DNA of 32,000 nucleotides from Crocosphaera subtropica ATCC 51142 (GTDB lineage: Bacteria; Cyanobacteriota; Cyanobacteriia; Cyanobacteriales; Microcystaceae): assembly GCF_000017845.1 (NCBI RefSeq), contig NC_010546.1, forward strand, positions 1,440,001 through 1,472,000, read 5' to 3'. Below, piece after piece: positions 18,098-26,781 of this stretch. The notes beneath the pieces are model-generated. The model saw nothing but the letters and a program-made list of their open reading frames with translations, was not told the origin of the DNA and did not search any database. Position 1 is the stretch's first letter. Every line of letters begins with the position of its first letter. The position numbers and the translations under genes were made by a program.

Positions 18098-18844
18098 TTA
18101 ACATTCTGCTTCGCTTTCCCGTTTTGTAGGATACAAAGGTTCACAACCATTTAATTGCCAAATACTATAAACGAGGGCGCAAGCGACAGTAATCCAAATA
18201 ACTGAAGGTGCAATTAACAAACCAGCTAACATAGTTGTCTGCCAATAAATAAAAGTAACAATAATGGCTGATAACCAAGGTCCAATAATCACCACTGGAA
18301 CAGCCGCTCCTAATCTTCCTTCCACTGTGAAAATAGTATTCCAGGTATCTCCTAATGCTAAATGAATCACAAAGGCAATTAATGGCAAAGCTAAGAAATT
18401 TTGTCCAACAGCTTGCCACACTAATACAGAAGAAATTACCCTTAACACACCGATAGTCATCCAAATAATCGGAAATGCTAGTGGAGGAGGGGCCCAATTG
18501 GGTCGAATGACTTGCTGATATCTTCCACTACTACGAGTATTATCTAAGGGCGAAAACAGCCGAGAACGAAGAGTTAGCACGGCGAAAAATACACTAGCGA
18601 TCGCCGTTGGCAACCAACTCGGACTATTCTCTACTAGCAGTTGGCTAACTACCCACTCCATCCCAGACAAAGCCAATACCATTAAGCTAATTTGTAAGAC
18701 CGTCCCCCCTAAATAGATAAAGAAAGCTTTCCCATCAAATTCTTGAATATTGATATTTGAATCATTTGAGTGTGATGGGTTTTTAACTCCCATGACAGAA
18801 TTAACCACATTTTCAAGCCTATTTGTTGACTTTGATTGATTCAT
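18098..18844 (-). CDS. tspO: TspO/MBR (tryptophan-rich sensory protein) family membrane protein with an approximately 80-aa N-terminal extension
   Basis: RPNWAPPPLAFPIIWMTIGVL (the P.W.PP..F..W motif after TM1), LALGDTWNTIF, and a five-helix core preceded by one extra helix and a polar N-terminus. Confidence 0.7.
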   Translation of the reverse strand: MNQSKSTNRLENVVNSVMGVKNPSHSNDSNINIQEFDGKAFFIYLGGTVLQISLMVLALSGMEWVVSQLLVENSPSWLPTAIASVFFAVLTLRSRLFSPLDNTRSSGRYQQVIRPNWAPPPLAFPIIWMTIGVLRVISSVLVWQAVGQNFLALPLIAFVIHLALGDTWNTIFTVEGRLGAAVPVVIIGPWLSAIIVTFIYWQTTMLAGLLIAPSVIWITVACALVYSIWQLNGCEPLYPTKRESEAEC

Positions 18845-19174
18845 GTTCCTTTTAAAATTCTTCTTTTCTTATTTTACAGTTATAGACTCCAATTAATTAT
18901 TTTGTCATTTGTTATTATTACAGCACACCTTGGATTTACTACCAACAAAACAATCCTTAACATTTTGAAAGACTATCCCCAAGGATTAACGGTTAAAGAA
19001 TTAACTGAAAAGCTCAATCGTCCTATCTCTTTGATACAAAAGTGCTTGAAACTATATAATGACTCGGAAAAAATCATGGACAAAAAGATAGAGATGATAA
19101 ACTATTATTATCTTAAGTCACATAATAATTACATAACTACTGATGATAAATCTCAACTACTTACCGTCAATTAA
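18836..19174 (+). CDS. Possible small winged-helix DNA-binding protein; start uncertain
   Basis: ILNILKDYPQGLTVKELTEKLNRPISLIQKCLKLY looks like an HTH/wHTH. The N-terminal 35 codons look non-protein-like and overlap the tspO start, and there is no internal ATG before the HTH. Confidence 0.3.
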   Translation: MIHVPFKILLFLFYSYRLQLIILSFVIITAHLGFTTNKTILNILKDYPQGLTVKELTEKLNRPISLIQKCLKLYNDSEKIMDKKIEMINYYYLKSHNNYITTDDKSQLLTVN

Positions 19175-19685
19175 CATAATCTTGGTTCCTTGTTTGGCGA
19201 TGTTACCCAATGTTGTCAAGGCCGAACAAATATTATTGTTAAACCTTCAATACAAATCTGATGCAACCATAACCAGAGAAATTCAGTTTTATGGCAATGA
19301 TATTGATCCGAATTCCACTTCTATTGACGACAACTTTTCCTTAAAAATAGACGGAAAATTAATTGAAGCACCTGATGAACTCTATAGACGACTTGATAGA
19401 TTAAGGCGTAGTTTTAGCTACGATAGTCTTTCAGGAGGCATTCAAGACCCCTCCCAAAGCATAGTTAGTTGTAATTTGGGAGGCCCTGCTGAGGGAATGA
19501 TTCTTTCAGTCCGCTATCTGACTTATCAGGACTTTAAGATTGTTGATCATGAAATGCGACCCGTATTTGGTTTGGCTGAAAACTGTTTATTCAAAGAGCT
19601 TTACCAACCCGTTAATTCAAATGCGAAGGAGGATGCGCGAGGGGTAATTGAAATTTTGAATACCCTTAATTTGCTAGGTTACTAA
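19143..19685 (+). CDS. Secreted hypothetical protein
   Basis: The 180-aa ORF has a signal-peptide-like N-terminus (...LVPCLAMLPNVVKA). I recognise no domain. Confidence 0.5.
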   Translation: MINLNYLPSINIILVPCLAMLPNVVKAEQILLLNLQYKSDATITREIQFYGNDIDPNSTSIDDNFSLKIDGKLIEAPDELYRRLDRLRRSFSYDSLSGGIQDPSQSIVSCNLGGPAEGMILSVRYLTYQDFKIVDHEMRPVFGLAENCLFKELYQPVNSNAKEDARGVIEILNTLNLLGY

Positions 19686-19740
19686 GATTAAATAACGATT
19701 TTTTTCAAATCTATGAAGGAAATTCGATAATTTTAAATTC

Positions 19741-19830
19741 TTAACGATCTGCTTGCCCAATAGTTGATAAACGGTGAGCAACAACGAAAGTTGTTTGTTG
19801 ATACATCAAACGACTCAAAGCATCTTGAAT
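19741..19830 (-). pseudogene. 29-codon relic of an ABC-transporter ATPase (region around the H-loop)
   Basis: My minus-strand translation gives IQDALSRLMYQQTTFVVAHRLSTIGQADR*. This matches the conserved ...IQ.AL..L...RT..VIAHRLSTI..AD.I... segment of MsbA-type exporters. The Walker B and signature motifs are absent upstream, where the frame runs into the GMC gene in another frame. Confidence 0.65.
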
Positions 19831-21503
19831 TAACCCAAATGCTCCGATAGCCTCAACGCCAGTCCAGCCAAAGTACAGACAGGATTGGCAGCAGTGCTGA
19901 CTGGCATGACAGACATATCGCAGACATATAAACCGGTCGTACCTTTAATCTTGAGGTCTTCATCCACAACCGATTCCTCATTAAAGTTAGCATTGCGGTT
20001 CGCTTTCCACGGCATCCGCAGAGTGCCACAGGCATGATGTACTGTCCCCCAACCAAACGGCCACTGATTACCATCCCCACCGCCGTAATCCCTGGTAATC
20101 AGATCCAAATCGTTAAATTCGGCAAAAACACGATCTCGTGTCCTGTTAAGGAGATCAAAGAATTCTTGTGGGCTTTTTGTCCAGCCAGCGATTGCAGGAA
20201 AACGTGACTGTAATAAATCATCAAGAAATGAGAACCGCTTAAAGCTAATGTTAGGGATGTATCCATCATTAGGGTCGGAGAAAATACCGTTTTCATCATC
20301 GAGGCAATTAGCAAAGCTAAACTTTATATCTATGCGAGTCTTGCTTGTATCATCGGCAATAGATTCAGCAGACGGATCATTGTTTCGTAGATGCCAATAT
20401 TCATGATTAATATTCATCTCAATATTGAACGGATAGATAACATGACCGTTTTGATCGCGCTGTCCCCGTGAATAAAAAATGATTTTGGCGTGATCATCAC
20501 GACGACTCAGGGGAATCCGTCGACTGTTACCAAGTGACGAGACATAAGCTTGTGATTCTCCGCTGACGGGATGATCGCTTAAGCCCCATCCCACGCGCTT
20601 TCTTACAGCATCAGGTAAACTTTGATAGACAGAAGAACGATTAATTAACTTGGGGCTTTCTATAGAACCTCCTGCGATAATGACTTTGGGAGAATAGAAA
20701 CTGAGCGACTCCCCTGTAATTGTGTCAGTAGTCTTAACCTCGTACCAGTCAAAGGGTACGCTGTTGACGGCTTCAACAAAGCTGTTAAGCTTGAGAAAAA
20801 GCCCATTACCATTTTGATCAACTCCCGGTGTTAATCCCACCTGATTAATTAGCAGTTCAGCCGTGTTAAATACACCCGTTGACTCAACAAAGAATCTGTC
20901 CTGTGGTGTCCCATCAGGATTGAGATAGGGTTGATGCAATGCACGAGGAGTTTCCTGTATTTCAAAATCTTGATTCAGGTCACTTTGGCGAAAATGATCT
21001 ACTATTTCTTTTGCCTTTTGCCCTAGAGAACGGGATGTATTCATACGCTCAGAGGCTAAATTAAAGTATGTTGTAGCTAAATCCTGACGCACTCTAGTTG
21101 GAAAAAACTCTAGTTCCCAACTTTGAGGCTCTGGAATCAGACCTGACCAAAAAATGGAGCGTCCCCCAAAAGCTAATTGGGGCTTTTCGCCAATAAAATG
21201 CGTATCGCTGGGTGATTGCTTGAAGTTATCAACCCCGAAATGCCTACCTATAGTGGCGTTAGGAATTCGGCTAATATTGTAAACATGAGTTGGATAGATG
21301 AATGCTCCAACATCTAATACCAAAATTCGTTTATTTTGGCCTACTCGATCCGCTAAATCATCAGCTAGGATACCGCCACCCATTCCCGAACCGATGATGA
21401 TAAAATCAAAATCTTTATTACTCCCGTCGTAGTCTCGAATCAAGCGAGTATGCGCTTGAGTTTTTTCTGTGACCAAATTTGCATAATTATTCTCGAAGGG
21501 CAT
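19830..21503 (-). CDS. GMC-family FAD-dependent oxidoreductase
   Basis: N-terminal Rossmann motif FDFIIIGSGMGGGILADDLA and the C-terminal GMC catalytic region HHACGTLRMP...LYVCDMSVMPVSTAANPVCTLAGLALRL. Confidence 0.9.
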   Translation of the reverse strand: MPFENNYANLVTEKTQAHTRLIRDYDGSNKDFDFIIIGSGMGGGILADDLADRVGQNKRILVLDVGAFIYPTHVYNISRIPNATIGRHFGVDNFKQSPSDTHFIGEKPQLAFGGRSIFWSGLIPEPQSWELEFFPTRVRQDLATTYFNLASERMNTSRSLGQKAKEIVDHFRQSDLNQDFEIQETPRALHQPYLNPDGTPQDRFFVESTGVFNTAELLINQVGLTPGVDQNGNGLFLKLNSFVEAVNSVPFDWYEVKTTDTITGESLSFYSPKVIIAGGSIESPKLINRSSVYQSLPDAVRKRVGWGLSDHPVSGESQAYVSSLGNSRRIPLSRRDDHAKIIFYSRGQRDQNGHVIYPFNIEMNINHEYWHLRNNDPSAESIADDTSKTRIDIKFSFANCLDDENGIFSDPNDGYIPNISFKRFSFLDDLLQSRFPAIAGWTKSPQEFFDLLNRTRDRVFAEFNDLDLITRDYGGGDGNQWPFGWGTVHHACGTLRMPWKANRNANFNEESVVDEDLKIKGTTGLYVCDMSVMPVSTAANPVCTLAGLALRLSEHLG

Positions 21504-21578
21504 TTTTTAACCTGATTTTACAACTATTTTTGCCTACCTACTTAATTTCTGATTATTATATACTTAAAAATAAAATTT

Positions 21579-22250
21579 TTGGAAAAATCAAAAAGAAAAA
21601 TGTCCAATAAATATAGATTTATTACCAAGTTTTTTCTTCAATCAATTTGCTTTGTTATTAGCTTTGGTACATTAACCCATAACTCCAGTTCCTTAGCTAA
21701 TGGTGGTAGTGATTACACTATCCGTGATGGAGGAACGGTTTTTTGGGGGGTAAGAACCGCCGGTGGAGGCGAAATCATAACCAATCAAATTGGCTTTGAA
21801 TATGGCGTAGGAACGAATAAAACTTCATTACTTTATGAAAATTTAGTCTTTGATGAACAAGATGTTGGTAAAACCTTTACCGTTACTGCGACCGAAGACC
21901 CTGACTTTAACTTAATTGTTGAAAAATTAACCAATGGAATAATTGATGATGTCTTTTTAAATGTCACGTTTGCCAACGGAGATAAAATTGAAAGTACAAC
22001 GTCAGATTCATTGGGAAACACTGATTTTCAAGGTTGGAAAATTAACAGTATTGATTTAGTGATCAATAGCTTAGAAATTACTGCACCAGGCAATGATCCC
22101 AATGGTGATGGAAATTGGACACAGGTAACTTACGACGTTGAAAGTATTATTAATGTGACGAAAGTTCCTGAACCCTCTTTCCTTCGAGGAGTGTTAGGAT
22201 TGTTTGGTTTGGCAGGGATTACGCTTCTCAAAAAGTTTAAGAAACCTTAA
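21579..22250 (+). CDS. Secreted protein with PEP-CTERM sorting signal
   Basis: The C-terminus is VPEPSFLRGVLGLFGLAGITLLKKFKKP (22164-22247). The track start is TTG at 21579; the ATG at 21600 (MSNKYRFITKFFLQSICFVISFG...) is more likely. Confidence 0.8.
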   Translation: MEKSKRKMSNKYRFITKFFLQSICFVISFGTLTHNSSSLANGGSDYTIRDGGTVFWGVRTAGGGEIITNQIGFEYGVGTNKTSLLYENLVFDEQDVGKTFTVTATEDPDFNLIVEKLTNGIIDDVFLNVTFANGDKIESTTSDSLGNTDFQGWKINSIDLVINSLEITAPGNDPNGDGNWTQVTYDVESIINVTKVPEPSFLRGVLGLFGLAGITLLKKFKKP

Positions 22251-22303
22251 TATTTTGGAAAAAAGATTTCCCACAACAACTTTAATGATTCCTTCTGTAG
22301 ATA

Positions 22304-22375
22304 AGCGGATGATGGGACTCGAACCCACGACATTCACCTTGGGAAGGTGACGTTCTACCACTGAACTACATCCGC
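22304..22375 (-). tRNA. tRNA-Gly (anticodon CCC)
   Basis: I folded it by hand. Acceptor GCGGATG/CATCCGC, D-stem GTTC/GAAC, anticodon stem TCACC/GGTGA with loop TTCCCAA, T-stem GTGGG/CCCAT with loop TTCGAGT, and discriminator U. No CCA is encoded. Confidence 0.92.
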
Positions 22376-22464
22376 AATTAACCTTATTATACTGCTAGAG
22401 ATTTCAATTATTGCAACTTGGGTGTCAAAGATAAGAGATTATCTCATCCCCAACACCCAACGCT

Positions 22465-23121
22465 TTACACCATTGCTGGTTGTAATAACTTAATATTAGA
22501 AAATCCGAATTCTTGGGTTACGGTTTCTCCGTTTTCTTCCCCTGTAATGATGCGACTGGTTAAAATATAGTAACCACCCACTTTTTCGTAATTATCCTCA
22601 AAATAACGCTTCCCGGCCTTCAGTTCTCCCGTTTTTGGGTCATGATAAACTGAGTCATAACGGTGGGAAAGATAGCCGTCTTCTGTCTTGTGACTACTGA
22701 AAGTATCGATGGTAACCACAACCCCATGAATATGACGGTGAACATGACACACCTCATTATCCCGAAGTTTATAGCGATCGCCTTCTGATTTGCCTCCCAT
22801 GAGGATTTCTACCGCACCGCTTTCGTCGGTATCGCCGTAGCGAAAAGTATTTTGACCATGAACATCTTCAAAGGAACGACGAACTCGATGAATGGCCGTT
22901 TCCCAAAGTTGGGACTTAACTTGGTTTAAGGCTTCTTCGTCTTCTATATTAAAGACTTCTGTGGACATATCGCCATTCACTCTCGCTTGCCCTGTAAAGG
23001 TGCGATCATTATTCTTAAAGGTGACATCGGCTGTATAACCTGGAAAATTCTTATCCCAAGTGTAGCGATTTTCGTAAGCAGCGCGAAATAAGTCTCTAGC
23101 ATCAAGGGTGGTTGCACTCAT
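22465..23121 (-). CDS. Conserved cyanobacterial hypothetical protein (DUF3386-like)
   Basis: The 218-aa ORF begins ...ARDLFRAAYENRYTWDKNFPGYTADV, which I associate with the DUF3386 family of cyanobacteria and plastid lineages. The family name is from memory. Confidence 0.75.
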   Translation of the reverse strand: MSATTLDARDLFRAAYENRYTWDKNFPGYTADVTFKNNDRTFTGQARVNGDMSTEVFNIEDEEALNQVKSQLWETAIHRVRRSFEDVHGQNTFRYGDTDESGAVEILMGGKSEGDRYKLRDNEVCHVHRHIHGVVVTIDTFSSHKTEDGYLSHRYDSVYHDPKTGELKAGKRYFEDNYEKVGGYYILTSRIITGEENGETVTQEFGFSNIKLLQPAMV

Positions 23122-23386
23122 ACAATTCTTGTTACCTATGTTATGTTTAATATTCTAGGGAAATTAAGACCCAAGAGGTACACTTATCCTATGGGTTAAT
23201 GCTGAAAATAATGATAAGTGATCTTATCTTAACTCATCAACTAGGATCATTATGAGTTCGGAGTGAGGAACGAATACTCACTGGTCATTGATAACTAATA
23301 ACTGATAACCCCTTTAAACAATAAGGTACAATAAGTAATAGAAGCATACTTAGCTTAACTCATCAAAATCTGTCACCTAAAACCCT

Positions 23387-24517
23387 ATGACTGTTCAATC
23401 GTTAACGTCGTTCCCTTCAGTCTCCCCCTCGACAACAGTGATCGCACCTTCATCAGACGTTAAACCTTGGCTGGGGTTAATAGAAACCTATCGCCCTTAT
23501 CTTCCCGTTACCGAAAACACTCCAGTTGTGACCCTACTTGAAGGCAATACCCCTCTTATTCCTGTCCCCTACATCTCTCAACAAGTGGGCAAAGGGGTTA
23601 AAGTTTTTGTTAAATACGATGGTTTGAACCCCACCGGTAGTTTTAAAGATCGGGGGATGACTATGGCTATTTCCAAAGCCAAAGAAGATGGGGCAAAAGC
23701 CGTTATCTGCGCCAGTACAGGGAACACCTCTGCTGCTGCTGCTGCTTACGCTAGACGGGCCGGAATGCGAGCTTTTGTGATTATTCCGGATGGTTATGTG
23801 GCTTTAGGCAAACTAGCACAAGCCTTATTATACGGTGCCGAAGTTATCGCCATTGACGGGAACTTTGATGATGCGTTGACGGTGGTTAAACAGATGGCCG
23901 AAAATTATCCCGTTACGTTGGTTAACTCGGTCAACCCTTACCGTTTAGAAGGTCAAAAAACCGCAGCCTTTGAAGTGGTGGATGTCTTGGGGAATGCTCC
24001 CGACTGGTTATGTATCCCAGTGGGTAACGCAGGGAATATTAGTGCTTACTGGATGGGATTTTGTCAATATCATAGTTTAGGGAAAACCAATAAATTGCCG
24101 AAAATGATGGGCTTTCAAGCAGCAGGGGCAGCCCCGTTTATTGGGGGTCAACCTGTGGCTAAACCAGAAACCCTCGCTACTGCCATTCGTATTGGTAACC
24201 CGGCCAACTGGGACAAAGCATGGGGGGCAAAAGATGCCAGTCAAGGAGAATTTAATGCAGTTACGGATGAGGAAATTTTAGACGCTTATCGTCTCTTGGC
24301 CGCCCACGAAGGGGTCTTTTGTGAACCTGCTAGTGCAGCATCGGTGGCCGGGTTATTGAAAGTTAAAGATCGGGTTCCCACTGAGGCTACCGTAGTTTGT
24401 GTATTGACAGGTAATGGTTTAAAAGATCCTGACTGTGCCATTCAACATAGTAATAATCAAGTTAAGTCTGGCATTAAACCTGAATTATCGCAAGTAGCTA
24501 AGGTAATGGGTTTTTGA
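23387..24517 (+). CDS. thrC: Threonine synthase
   Basis: PLP-lysine motif [12 protein letters not shown], then [14 protein letters not shown], and a full-length fold-type II PLP enzyme pattern typical of ThrC. Confidence 0.93.
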   Translation: MTVQSLTSFPSVSPSTTVIAPSSDVKPWLGLIETYRPYLPVTENTPVVTLLEGNTPLIPVPYISQQVGKGVKVFVKYDGLNPTGSFKDRGMTMAISKAKEDGAKAVICASTGNTSAAAAAYARRAGMRAFVIIPDGYVALGKLAQALLYGAEVIAIDGNFDDALTVVKQMAENYPVTLVNSVNPYRLEGQKTAAFEVVDVLGNAPDWLCIPVGNAGNISAYWMGFCQYHSLGKTNKLPKMMGFQAAGAAPFIGGQPVAKPETLATAIRIGNPANWDKAWGAKDASQGEFNAVTDEEILDAYRLLAAHEGVFCEPASAASVAGLLKVKDRVPTEATVVCVLTGNGLKDPDCAIQHSNNQVKSGIKPELSQVAKVMGF

Positions 24518-24534
24518 GTAACCAGAGAAAAACT

Positions 24535-24562
24535 GTAGAGTGGGCAATGCTCACTCGACTAC
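24535..24562 (+). terminator. Imperfect hairpin after thrC (member of a GTG(G/A)GCAA..C(T/C)CAC hairpin family)
   Basis: gtag-agtgggc-aat-gctcact-(cga)-ctac forms about an 11-bp stem with one G-U pair and a 3-nt bulge. There is no T-tract. Confidence 0.3.
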
Positions 24563-24935
24563 CTTTAAATAGGTAACCATCGGTGATCTGAATTTGAGAT
24601 AATAAAAAAAGTTAGATTCCTCAACATCACAAGCGGATCTTGAGAAAAAGAGTAAGATAGACTATTTATTTTAAAATAGGAAATTATTATATATTTCTAT
24701 CTATTTATCATAGGTTCTTAGAAAAGCAAAGTTAATTTAAAAAACTTACATCCCTAGATAGATTTAGTCGCCGAAATCAAAATGCTATCATTAAAGCATC
24801 ATTCAGTAGAATCGGAATTGGAGTAGGTGTATGTTGCTGTACATCTCGGTTAAATCATTCACTCAAACCATTCATATTTAGACTGATTTTTCAATTCTTA
24901 CTGTTTCAAAATGTCTTAAAACCTGTATAACGAAT

Positions 24936-26687
24936 ATGATAATTCAAAAGAATACTGATACAAAATGGTGGAAGAATTTCATAATTGATGGATACGTTCA
25001 GACGTTAGAAGAAACCAATAATCAACAATCGGATCATCATTGGTGGCAACACGCAGTAATCTATCAAATCTACGTTTCTAGCTTTAAAGATACCACCAGC
25101 AACGGCATGGGTGATCTCGATGGCATTATTGCCAAAATGGATTATATTGCCTCTTTGGGAGTAGATGCCATTTGGTTGTCACCCTTTTTTGAATCCCCCT
25201 TAGAAGATATGGGTTATGACATTACCGATATGCGAGAAGTTGATCCCACGTTTGGGGAGATAGAAGACTTTAAACGCCTATTAGCAATTGCTCATGGTTT
25301 TGGCATTAAAGTATTAGTGGATGGGGTTTGGAATCATACCTCCGATCAACATCCTTGGTTCGTCGAAAGTCGCAAAAATCGGGATAATCCTAAAGCAGAT
25401 TGGTATGTGTGGGCTGATGCCAAAGAAGATGGTTCCCCCCCCAACAACTGGTTATCAGCATTTATGGGGGAAAGTGCTTGGCAGTGGGACGAAATTCGAC
25501 AACAATATTATTTTTATAACTTTTTACCCAGTCAACCGGAATTAAACTGGCATAACCGAGACGTTATCGCTGAAATTCTCCGACAAGCAGAATTTTGGCT
25601 GAATCTAGGCATTGACGGTTTTCGTTTAGACGCAGTTAACTTTTACCTTCACGACAAACACCTGCGAGATAACCCCATGCGCCCTGACAATGGCATCTTT
25701 CCTGATGGGGTTGATCCCGATAACCCGATGGTGGATCATATGTTTCAATATAACTTCTGCCGTCCCGAAAACTTGGAAGTCATTAACCCTATTCGTGAAT
25801 TATGCGAACATTATGGGGATGCCGTCACCCTAGGAGAAGTTACCCTATGCGAAGACTCCATTGTTCTCTCCGGTAAATACGTTACAGGAGACAATCGCTT
25901 ACATCTAGTGTATAACAGTGCTTTATTAGTGGATGAACCGATCAGTGCCACCTTAATGCGCCATATCCTCACAAAAGTTCAGACCCATTTTCCTGATGGG
26001 GGTCAATGTTGGATGGTGGGTAATCATGATTACGGACGTTTGCGATCGCGTTGGACTGGGGTGAATGCGGAGGGTCAGCCCTATCCTGACGAATTTTATC
26101 ACGCCTTTGCTGCTCTTTTGATCTGTTTACCAGGGGCATTATGTCTATACCAAGGGGACGAACTGGGGTTAGAAGAAGCCAAAATTCCCAAAGATATTCC
26201 CAAAGATAAGATTGAAGATCCCTTTGGTCAAGCTCTTTATCCTATGGTACCAGGACGAGACGGTTCTCGGACTCCGATGCCTTGGTCAGAAAATGCGCCT
26301 CATGCTGGCTTTACCGATGGGGATGAACCTTGGTTGCCCATTCCCAAAAAGCACTTACAGCAAGCGGTTGACCGCCAAAATGCTGATCCAAAATCCTTAC
26401 TCAATACCTGGCGTAGACTGTTACACTGGCGTAAACGACAACCGGCTTTAGTCAGAGGGAATTTTAACCTCTTAGAGACTGAAGAACCGTTGCTGGTGTT
26501 TATTCGCCAATGGGAGTTTCAGCATTTACTGTGCGTGTTCAATCTCAGTCATAACCCAAGCAAATATGACTTATCCATTCATGGGGAATATGTAGCAGAA
26601 ACCGATTTAGGCTTTGAATTTGAGTTAGAAGAGGATACCCTAAAATTGCAAAGCTATGGCATATTTTTTGCTAATTTATGTCTGTAG
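24936..26687 (+). CDS. GH13 alpha-glucosidase (AglA / oligo-1,6-glucosidase-like), paralog 1
   Basis: GH13 regions I-IV: VDGVWNHTS, GFRLDAVNF (nucleophile Asp), LGEVTLCED (acid/base Glu) and VGNHDYGR. Confidence 0.92.
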   Translation: MIIQKNTDTKWWKNFIIDGYVQTLEETNNQQSDHHWWQHAVIYQIYVSSFKDTTSNGMGDLDGIIAKMDYIASLGVDAIWLSPFFESPLEDMGYDITDMREVDPTFGEIEDFKRLLAIAHGFGIKVLVDGVWNHTSDQHPWFVESRKNRDNPKADWYVWADAKEDGSPPNNWLSAFMGESAWQWDEIRQQYYFYNFLPSQPELNWHNRDVIAEILRQAEFWLNLGIDGFRLDAVNFYLHDKHLRDNPMRPDNGIFPDGVDPDNPMVDHMFQYNFCRPENLEVINPIRELCEHYGDAVTLGEVTLCEDSIVLSGKYVTGDNRLHLVYNSALLVDEPISATLMRHILTKVQTHFPDGGQCWMVGNHDYGRLRSRWTGVNAEGQPYPDEFYHAFAALLICLPGALCLYQGDELGLEEAKIPKDIPKDKIEDPFGQALYPMVPGRDGSRTPMPWSENAPHAGFTDGDEPWLPIPKKHLQQAVDRQNADPKSLLNTWRRLLHWRKRQPALVRGNFNLLETEEPLLVFIRQWEFQHLLCVFNLSHNPSKYDLSIHGEYVAETDLGFEFELEEDTLKLQSYGIFFANLCL

Positions 26688-26781
26688 CAAGGGAATAAGT
26701 CGAAAACAATTCAAGGCTTTTATCCTCATCATTGAAAAACCAGAGACATCAAAAGAATACCCATAAACCGAGTCAATACTT

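Noticed and set aside
19830-21503. GMC oxidoreductase as a fatty-acid photodecarboxylase-like alkane enzyme, given that aar is in the same window
   Set aside because: The genes are 18 kb apart on an unrelated background. The GMC family is functionally very broad, and nothing in the sequence that I can read specifically indicates an FAP-type active site.
22418-22457. Nested inverted repeat (ttgggtgt ... acacccaa enclosing agataa/ttatct) between the DUF3386-like gene and the tRNA, considered as a terminator
   Set aside because: It is a plausible stem-loop, but there is no T-tract on the relevant (minus) strand. I left it unannotated.
23228-23366. 13-bp direct repeat cttaactcatcaa (23228-23240 and 23354-23366) and small hairpins upstream of thrC, considered as an attenuator or riboswitch
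   Set aside because: There is no leader peptide with Thr/Ile codons, no terminator/antiterminator pair, and no known riboswitch consensus that I can recognise. It may simply be promoter architecture in a divergent intergenic region.
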